Of a stretch of DNA of 64,000 nucleotides, positions 57,398 to 64,000 are shown piece after piece. The stretch is taken from the NCBI GenBank assembly GCA_965203325.1, contig OZ241875.1, positions 2,592,001 to 2,656,000 of the forward strand. The letters are read 5' to 3'. The translations under genes were made by a program, and so were the position numbers. The DNA comes from a bacterium. Lineage in GTDB: Bacteria; UBA8248. The notes beneath the pieces are model-generated. The model had not been told where the DNA came from. It did no database searches and was given only the letters and a program-made list of their open reading frames with translations. Every line of letters starts with the position of its first letter. Position 1 is the stretch's first letter.

Positions 57398-57641
57398 GGG
57401 GGCTGTTGAGAAAGTTCTCGTCGGGGGATATTGCCTTTAGGGGGAAGGTCGATTTCGCGCGAACCCCCGACCTCCCTCTTTGAAAGCAACCCCCCCTACC
57501 CCCCCTTGTCAGGGGGGTATAAAAAGGCGATGCGCCCCCGCCGGGCTGAGGGGTTTTGCTTTTTCTTGCCCCCCTGACAAGGGGGGGTAGGGGGGGGTGA
57601 CGTTATGGGGTTTCCCTTTCAAGGGCTTTCTCAACAACCCC
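57398..57641. mobile_element. MITE-like element with CCCCCCTACC REP doublet
   Basis: GGGGGCTGTTGAGAAAG ... GGCTTTCTCAACAACCCC; interior inverted pair. Confidence 0.75.
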
Positions 57642-57918
57642 TGAAGGAGCGGAAAGAAACCGCCTCTTCGGCGGATGAGGGATGGGCGGGGGTTTTCTTC
57701 TCATTTTTCCCGGAAAATACAGTCTTTCTCAAATAAAGGCGGAGCGTATTTTGTGGCATGTTTTCAAAGTTGGGGGTATCATCTATTATAGAGAAGGAAG
57801 AATCCGGTGCATTGATAATGGCATGACATGGGTGGCCGGCGATTTATTGATATGATGTAGACGAAGAAATTTCAAATTCTGTCCGATTCCCGTTGAACAC
57901 TGCCTGGAGGGCCAGAAA

Positions 57919-59337
57919 ATGAACAAACCTTCTTCAGAGAATCCCGTTCCTGCCGAGGCGGGGACTGCAAAAGCCCAGAACGGCGGCCCGAACGGCCAGA
58001 ACCTGTTGTCCATCGACCCGCCTCGCTACAAGCCCATCGTGGTCCAGCAGATAGACAAAGTCCCCGAGTTGCAGAGCCTGCCCGAGGACATACGCTTCAG
58101 CATGAAGGTGGTGGGGCACGTGCTGCCCTTCCGCACGAACCGCTACATGGTGGAGAATCTCATCGACTGGGACAACGTGCCCGAGGATCCCCTGTTCCAG
58201 CTCTCTTTTCCCCAGGAGGGGATGATCTCGAAAGAAGATTTCGATTCCGTGGCGGCTCTCTTGAAGCGGGACGCGCCCAAGGAGCAACTCAACGCCGCCA
58301 TCCACGAGATCAGGGCCGGCCTGAACCCCCACCCCGCCGGACAGCAGACGCTGAACGTGCCCGTCCTCGACGAGGAGCACGTGGAAGGCATGCAGCACAA
58401 ATACCACGAGACGGTGCTCTTCTTCCCGGGCCAGGGGCAGACCTGCCACGCCTACTGCACCTTCTGTTTCCGCTGGGCGCAGTTCGTGGGGGACAAGGAG
58501 CTTCGCTTCATCTCCACAGACGCGGACATCCTGCACAGGTATCTCTCCGAACACAAAGAAGTGACGGACGTCCTCTTCACGGGCGGTGATCCCTTGATCA
58601 TGAAGACCAAGGCGCTCGAGGGCTATATGCAGCCCCTGCTGGATGATTCGCGCTTCGCGCACATCCGCGACATCCGCATCGGCTCGAAGGCGCTGACCTT
58701 CTGGCCGTATCGCTTCACCACCGACGCCGACGCGGACGATCTGCTGCGTCTGTTCGAGAAGATGGTGGAAGGCGGCAAGCACATCGCCATCATGGCGCAC
58801 TTCAATCACGAGCGTGAAGTCCAGACCCCGATGGCGCGCGAGGCCATCAGGAGGGTGCGGGATACGGGCGCCGTCATCCGGACGCAGGCGCCGCTTCTCA
58901 AGCACATCAACGACGACGCGGATATGTGGGCGCGCATGTGGAAGGAGCAGGTGCGGCTGGGCCTGATCCCCTATTACATGTTCGTGGAAAGGGACACGGG
59001 CGCCAAGCGCTACTTCGAACTGCCCCTGGTGGAAGCTCACGCGATCTACCGGAAGGCCTACTCCCAGGTGTCCGGTCTGGCGCGAACCGCGCGGGGTCCC
59101 TCGATGAGCGCGGCGCCCGGCAAGGTGCAGGTCCTGGGAATCGAGGAGGTCCGCGGCGAGCGCATCATCGCGCTTCAGTTCCTCCAGGCGAGAAACCCCG
59201 AGTGGCTGGGCCGCGTCTTCTTCGCCGAGTACAACGAAAACGCCACCTGGCTCACCGGCCTCAAGCCGGCCTTTGGAGAGAAGGAGTTCTTCTACGAGGC
59301 GGACTTCGAGGCGATGAAGCAGCGCCTGGCGAGTTAG
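57919..59337 (+). CDS. KamA-family radical SAM protein (lysine 2,3-aminomutase-like)
   Basis: HKYHETVL, CHAYCTFCFR, FTGGDP, HFNH, QAPLLKHIND, PYYMF. Confidence 0.9.
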   Translation: MNKPSSENPVPAEAGTAKAQNGGPNGQNLLSIDPPRYKPIVVQQIDKVPELQSLPEDIRFSMKVVGHVLPFRTNRYMVENLIDWDNVPEDPLFQLSFPQEGMISKEDFDSVAALLKRDAPKEQLNAAIHEIRAGLNPHPAGQQTLNVPVLDEEHVEGMQHKYHETVLFFPGQGQTCHAYCTFCFRWAQFVGDKELRFISTDADILHRYLSEHKEVTDVLFTGGDPLIMKTKALEGYMQPLLDDSRFAHIRDIRIGSKALTFWPYRFTTDADADDLLRLFEKMVEGGKHIAIMAHFNHEREVQTPMAREAIRRVRDTGAVIRTQAPLLKHINDDADMWARMWKEQVRLGLIPYYMFVERDTGAKRYFELPLVEAHAIYRKAYSQVSGLARTARGPSMSAAPGKVQVLGIEEVRGERIIALQFLQARNPEWLGRVFFAEYNENATWLTGLKPAFGEKEFFYEADFEAMKQRLAS

Positions 59338-59508
59338 GCTCACGAACAACTACAGCCCTCAAAAAATGAAAATCAAGAATCTGGTTGCGCAATCGCGCAG
59401 ATATTTCGTTATTTGATCGCATTCATCCGGCGCTACCATTGTCTTTTCGCAATCGTTGAAATATCATTCAGGAGTTCATTTGAACTTCAAGGAGCTTGGG
59501 TGGTGCCT

Positions 59509-60234
59509 ATGGGAAATGAATCTCCATATAAGTTGGTTGGCAGGGGAATTTACACACCCGCCGAAGCCGCCTTTTATGCGCGTGTCCAGACGCGTCTCAT
59601 CAACAGATGGTTTTTCGGAAACAAGCAGGGTGAAAAAATATTTTCTCCCGAATTGGAGTTGAAAGACGAGCGGGTAATTTCATTTCTTGATTTCGTTCAA
59701 ATGTTGGCCGTTCGAGAATTGCGTTACAAGTATAAAGTTCCGCTGCAGAATATCCGTGATGGCATCCAAGAGTTTCAAGACAGATACGGGATCGGTCATC
59801 CTTTTGCGCGTGAGCATGTGGCCTACCTGTTTCAAAAGACCCTTTATATTCGCCAACAGGATGAATCCGAGGACAATATTTACACTGCTGTATCCGGCAA
59901 TTCTAAAGGTCAATATGCTTTGAGGCGGGTTGTCGAAGTTTATATGCAGGACCTGAAATTCAAGCCCGATGGATTGGTAGAGTTCTATACTGCATTTAGT
60001 CGACCTTATAAAAACAAGGTCAAGAAGATTGTTTTGCATCCAGAAAAAAGATTTGGTGAGCCGTTAGTGGAATCGTGTGGGATCACGCCACAAACGCTTT
60101 ATGAAGCCAGTATTACGGAAGGAAGCATCGAAGCTGCTGCCGATATGTATGAGGTTGAGCCTGAAGATGTGGATATTGCTTGTAGATATATCGATCACTT
60201 AACACCATCGACAGCACACAACATAGCCGCGTGA
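59509..60234 (+). CDS. HTH plus DUF433 antitoxin (VapB45-like)
   Basis: GIYTPAEAAFY N-terminal HTH, ISFLDFVQ, HPFA, C-terminal P.KRFGEPLV..GI; low GC; start could be GTG 59500 or 59503. Confidence 0.78.
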   Translation: MGNESPYKLVGRGIYTPAEAAFYARVQTRLINRWFFGNKQGEKIFSPELELKDERVISFLDFVQMLAVRELRYKYKVPLQNIRDGIQEFQDRYGIGHPFAREHVAYLFQKTLYIRQQDESEDNIYTAVSGNSKGQYALRRVVEVYMQDLKFKPDGLVEFYTAFSRPYKNKVKKIVLHPEKRFGEPLVESCGITPQTLYEASITEGSIEAAADMYEVEPEDVDIACRYIDHLTPSTAHNIAA

Positions 60235-60665
60235 GAAACTCCCTCAAATTGTTTTTCGATGAGAATATCGGCGCGCGCCTTTACAGAGCGATTTCAGCTT
60301 TATTGAAACTCTCGAAAACCAGAAATATAGAAACTGCGCACCTGATTGTTGATTATTCTGGAGAAGGTTTGCGAGATGAGTCCTGGGTGCCAAGACTTGC
60401 CGGTGAAGGTTGGATAGTTATCTCTGCTGACAGAGGTTCTGGTAGTCGAAGAAAGGGCACGCCCTTGCCTATTATGTGCAGGGAGAATGGCATTACTCAT
60501 GTATTGATAAGTGGAAAACTTCACAATAAAGAGCAGTTGGAGAAGGCATGTGCGATTTTAGACGTAAGGGAAAAGCTGTATGAATTGGACGATGCGCCCA
60601 AAGGTACGCGTTATTTGCTTTATGCGGGCCCGGGCAACTCCGCAGCCAGACTCAAGAAAAAGTAA
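60231..60665 (+). CDS. PIN-like toxin (VapC45/PIN_10-like)
   Basis: FFDENIG, G..DESW, WIVISADR; GTGA overlap with the antitoxin. Confidence 0.78.
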   Translation: MRNSLKLFFDENIGARLYRAISALLKLSKTRNIETAHLIVDYSGEGLRDESWVPRLAGEGWIVISADRGSGSRRKGTPLPIMCRENGITHVLISGKLHNKEQLEKACAILDVREKLYELDDAPKGTRYLLYAGPGNSAARLKKK

Positions 60666-60697
60666 GGTTTTCTTTCTTAAAAATTTTTTCTTAGACG

Positions 60698-61165
60698 TTA
60701 CTTCTTCGCCATGCGCAGCACTTCGTCGAATTCCTTTTTCGTCACAGGCTGAACGCTCAGGCGCTGGCCTCGCTGGGTGACGCGCATCTCGGCGAGCCTG
60801 GGATTTTCTTTCAGTTCATTGAGCGAGACGGGCCGGGGGAGTTTTTCCATCGCCTGCAGATCCACCATCTGCCAGCGCGGGGCGTCGGCGGGGGCTTTCG
60901 GGTCGTAGTACTTGGATTTCTTGTCGTATTGGGTGTGATCGGGATACGACTCCCGCGCCACCCGCGCGGTGCCCGCCACATGGGGCGGCTTCGTGCTCGA
61001 ATGGTAGAAGAGAACGTAGTCGTCCACCTTCATCTCCATCATGAAATTTCTGGCCTGGTAGTTTCGGATGCCGTCCCAGCAGGCGGTCTGCTCGGGCTCC
61101 GCCATCAGGTCGTCGAACGAGTATGCGTCCGGTTCGCTCTTCATGAGCCAGTATTTTCGGGCCAT
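60698..61165 (-). CDS. EVE domain protein
   Basis: YWLMKSEP, WDGIRNYQARN, FYHS, YYDPK, RLSVQPV. Confidence 0.95.
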   Translation of the reverse strand: MARKYWLMKSEPDAYSFDDLMAEPEQTACWDGIRNYQARNFMMEMKVDDYVLFYHSSTKPPHVAGTARVARESYPDHTQYDKKSKYYDPKAPADAPRWQMVDLQAMEKLPRPVSLNELKENPRLAEMRVTQRGQRLSVQPVTKKEFDEVLRMAKK

Positions 61166-61260
61166 CGAAAGCGTATCTCCATGGTTGGCGTGGATGAATT
61201 CAGGATTACGGTGAGCCTACCACGTCGCGGCTGGTGGTGAAATATGGGTGAGCGAACCGC

Positions 61261-62205
61261 TCAGGATGCCGGCTGCACCTCGCCCGCGATTTTGAGGTCG
61301 GCGAGTTTCAGGGTGTGCGAGATGAAATCGTTGCACGGCGTCTCGACGCCCACCTCCGCCCCGATGCGCGAGACCGTTCCGCACAGCGCGTCAATCTCGA
61401 GGCGTCTGCCCGCCTCCAGATCATGGCACAGGCTGCCCTTGCTGGCCGGGTTCTGCTCGTCCAGAAAGCGGTAGCGATCCTCATCCGCGTCCTCGGGAAG
61501 GTTCACGCCCTTCGCCCGGCCCACGAGGTAGACCTCGCGCATCGTCTCGCGGAGCATGTTGTTCGTGCCCTCATAGGCCATGATTTCGCCGAGGGTGGAG
61601 CGCGTGAGCGCCGTCACCCCGCCGACCGCGCAGATGAAGATAAACTTCGTCCAAAGCTCCGCTTCGATGTCCTCTGAATATACCGCGTTGATCTCCGCGT
61701 CTTTCAGATCGGCCAGTACCGCATCGCCGCGTACGCTCGCGCCGCTGCCCATCTCGCCGAAAACCACCCGTCTCGGGCCGCCGATTTGCCGGATGAGGCC
61801 CGGCTCTGCGATGGAGGTGAATATATAGGCCGCACCGCCCATCACGCGCTCGGCGCCATAGACGGCCGCGAGTTTCTCTTCGCCCGCCACGCCGTTTTGC
61901 AGGTTGATGATGACGGTGTCCGGGCCGACCATGGGCGCGATGGCGGGAACGGCTGCGTCGTCGGCGGTCGTCTTCACGCAATAGAGGATGACGTCGCATA
62001 CGCCCGCCTCTGCCGGAGAGTCCGTAAACACCCCATCGCGCACGCTGAATCCTCCAGGCGCGACGCTCTCCACGCGGAGCCCCTCTTTTCGCATGGCTTC
62101 CAGATGTTCTCCGCGCGCGATGAAGGCGACGTCCTTGCCGCCCCTCGCCAGCATGGCGCCGAAATAGCCGCCCACACCTCCTGTCGCCATGATGCCGAAA
62201 CGCAT
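61261..62205 (-). CDS. panE: 2-dehydropantoate 2-reductase
   Basis: TGGVGGYFG, LQNG, WTKF, SLCHDLEAGRRLEID. Confidence 0.88.
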   Translation of the reverse strand: MRFGIMATGGVGGYFGAMLARGGKDVAFIARGEHLEAMRKEGLRVESVAPGGFSVRDGVFTDSPAEAGVCDVILYCVKTTADDAAVPAIAPMVGPDTVIINLQNGVAGEEKLAAVYGAERVMGGAAYIFTSIAEPGLIRQIGGPRRVVFGEMGSGASVRGDAVLADLKDAEINAVYSEDIEAELWTKFIFICAVGGVTALTRSTLGEIMAYEGTNNMLRETMREVYLVGRAKGVNLPEDADEDRYRFLDEQNPASKGSLCHDLEAGRRLEIDALCGTVSRIGAEVGVETPCNDFISHTLKLADLKIAGEVQPAS

Positions 62206-62253
62206 GTTCCATCCTTCCTGGAAAGACCCGGTTCTCGCCGTGCACGGAAAAAG

Positions 62254-62285
62254 AAAAGGAGGAAAGCCCAAGCTCTCCTCCTTTT
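62254..62285 (-). terminator. Hairpin terminator downstream of scpB
   Basis: AAAAGGAGGA...TCCTCCTTTT stem with A-tract on the + strand (U-tract on the - strand). Confidence 0.6.
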
Positions 62286-62312
62286 GGTTGTACCAGAACC
62301 TCGGGGTTTTCG

Positions 62313-63323
62313 TCAGGAGGTGGTATCCATTTTCTTTTCCGGTTCTTGGGGCGTCGTCGTTTCCGTGGACATCTCGCCTTGCTCCGTGCTCTCGTGCGCG
62401 TGACCGTTGGAATGACCGTTAGCTCCGTTTGTATGGCCGTTTGAACCGTTTGCGTGGCCGTTCGACCCCGTTGCCTGCTCTTCGGCATCCAGGGAGATGA
62501 TCTCCTCTTGACCGCCCACAGGCCCCAAATCGAGGTCTTCGGTCGCCTCGAACTCCTCGGGTTTCGGCATGTCCGATAGGCTCTTGAAGCCGAAATGCTC
62601 CAGGAACAGGGGCGTGGTGCCGTAGACGATGGGCCGGCCCACGACGTCGCGCCGCCCGAGGATGCGGATGAGGCCGCGCTCGAGCAGAGTGTGCAGCACG
62701 CCGCCGCAATCCACCCGCCTGATTTCCTCGATCTCCGCTTTGGTGATGGGCTGCTTGTAGGCCAGTATGGCCAGGGTTTCGAGCGCCGCCTGGGAGAGCT
62801 TGGTTTTTCTCTCCCTCTTGGAGAAGCGCTTCACCCAGGGAGAGAACTCCGCCCGCGTGCAAAGGCGAAAGCCCTCGGCCACTTCGATGATCTGCAGGGT
62901 CTTGTCGCCATATTCCTCGACCAGCTCGCCCAGGAGTTTCCGGACGACCTTGACGTTCACGTTCGAGACGCCCTTGAACAGAAAAGAAATATCCCGGGGC
63001 CGGAGCGGCTCGCTCGCGACGAAGAGGATGGATTCGACGATTTTTTTCGCTTCGTCCAGGTCCATGACGAGTGGCGCGTCCTTGTCGATTACTCCGGCTT
63101 CCTCCGCATCGGACGCCTCTTCGGCCATCCCGGCGCCTTCCTCCGGCTCCTCGATCTCGAAGAGCGTCTCCTGGCGAGGCTCCTCCATGGCCTCCAGTTG
63201 ATGTTCCGCCAGCGCCCTGGCCGCGGCGTCCGGAGACGACGCTCCATCCTCGGCGAGCTCGAAGGGAACTTCCGTTTCCGCCCGCGCTGTTTCCTGATTT
63301 TCCGTTTGGGGGTCATTCATCAC
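62313..63323 (-). CDS. scpB: SMC-Scp complex subunit ScpB with acidic N- and C-terminal extensions
   Basis: VESILFVASEPL, LSQAALETLAILAYKQPITKAEIEEIR, GRPIVYGTT. Confidence 0.95.
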   Translation of the reverse strand: MMNDPQTENQETARAETEVPFELAEDGASSPDAAARALAEHQLEAMEEPRQETLFEIEEPEEGAGMAEEASDAEEAGVIDKDAPLVMDLDEAKKIVESILFVASEPLRPRDISFLFKGVSNVNVKVVRKLLGELVEEYGDKTLQIIEVAEGFRLCTRAEFSPWVKRFSKRERKTKLSQAALETLAILAYKQPITKAEIEEIRRVDCGGVLHTLLERGLIRILGRRDVVGRPIVYGTTPLFLEHFGFKSLSDMPKPEEFEATEDLDLGPVGGQEEIISLDAEEQATGSNGHANGSNGHTNGANGHSNGHAHESTEQGEMSTETTTPQEPEKKMDTTS

Positions 63324-64000
63324 TCACCGCCTTTGTAATTCGGATTTCACCGAAATTGGACGCCTGTTGCGCCACGACAAGATTTCCCTTGATGAGTTCC
63401 AGAAGCGCCAGGAATATGGCCACCACTTCGAGCACGCGCCTCGTCTGGAACAACGAGTGGAAGAGCACGCCGTCTCCGCCTGCGTCCTCCAGGGTGTCCA
63501 TGAGCATGGTTCTCATGTCGGCGACTTCGAGCTCGTCGATGTCCACGAGGTGGACGCCTTCTTCCCCGATGGATTCGATGAGGTGCTGCATGGCGCTGAT
63601 GAGGTCGAACACCGTGACTTGCAGCTTGGGCGCTTCTTCTTCCTCGTCATCCTCTATAAGGAGAGGATCGGCGCCTCTCGTATAGAGCCAGGATTGCTCC
63701 TCTTCGGCATGGCGGAATACCTGGCTGATTTTCTTGAACTTCTGGTATTCGATGAGCTGGCGCTGGAGCTCCTGGCGCAGGACTTCGGGGTCTTCCTCTT
63801 CCGCGTCGTCCTCGGTCCGGGGCAGAAGCGTTCTGCTCTTGATGTAGACCAGGTAGGAAGCCATGACGAGGTATTCCGACGCCAGGTTGATGTTCAGCTT
63901 TTTGAGCAGTTCCACGTATTTCAGGTATTGATCCGTGATGAAGGCGACCGGAATATCGTTTATGTCCAGCCTGTGCTCGCGCACCAGATGGAGAAGGAGT
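63313..64000 (-). CDS. scpA: Segregation/condensation protein ScpA (start lies beyond the window)
   Basis: LDINDIP..ITDQYL, ASEYLVMAS.L..IKSR.LLP, FLALLEL. Confidence 0.93.
   Translation of the reverse strand, partial: LLLHLVREHRLDINDIPVAFITDQYLKYVELLKKLNINLASEYLVMASYLVYIKSRTLLPRTEDDAEEEDPEVLRQELQRQLIEYQKFKKISQVFRHAEEEQSWLYTRGADPLLIEDDEEEEAPKLQVTVFDLISAMQHLIESIGEEGVHLVDIDELEVADMRTMLMDTLEDAGGDGVLFHSLFQTRRVLEVVAIFLALLELIKGNLVVAQQASNFGEIRITKAVSDE

Overview
High-GC bacterial chromosomal segment with about 55 genes and no rRNA, tRNA or CRISPR array. 1-7.2 kb holds two ABC importers (Liv-type and SsuABC/TauABC-type). 7.8-18.5 kb is a catabolic cluster: TAXI-TRAP transporter, Gfo/Idh/MocA oxidoreductase, hydantoinase/oxoprolinase A and B, class-III aminotransferase and a truncated amidohydrolase. 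Next come a gene-fragment junction, an intact IS256 with a 9-bp target duplication, a CP-ATP-grasp/alpha-E/transglutaminase operon, an outer-membrane beta-barrel and a NucS-like nuclease. The futalosine menaquinone genes (mqnE, mqnA fused in frame to an amidase, mqnC, probable deaminase) are interleaved with a hydrolase and a ferredoxin-containing cyclase. The rest is housekeeping genes (crcB, bioF, CoA-transferase, PduO-type adenosyltransferase, pgsA-like, rluB, panE, scpAB), a KamA-family radical SAM enzyme and two lower-GC toxin-antitoxin-like pairs. The most notable signals are not visible in the ORF track. (1) Two probable selenoprotein genes split by in-frame UGA: a DsrE-like gene with UxxC at 20364-20723, and a CMD/AhpD-like gene with CxxU at 37376-37648 that has a well-placed SECIS-like hairpin and sits directly upstream of a membrane methyltransferase. 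(2) A GIY-YIG-like plus DUF6884-like two-gene cassette flanked by a duplicated, synonymously diverged 3' end of the adenosyltransferase gene, a candidate undescribed defence or DNA-modification system. (3) A family of TIR-bounded intergenic elements carrying different REP/REPIN cargo, with nesting, internal inversion and one 11-bp direct repeat. All family assignments are from motif recognition by eye; no database searches were run.
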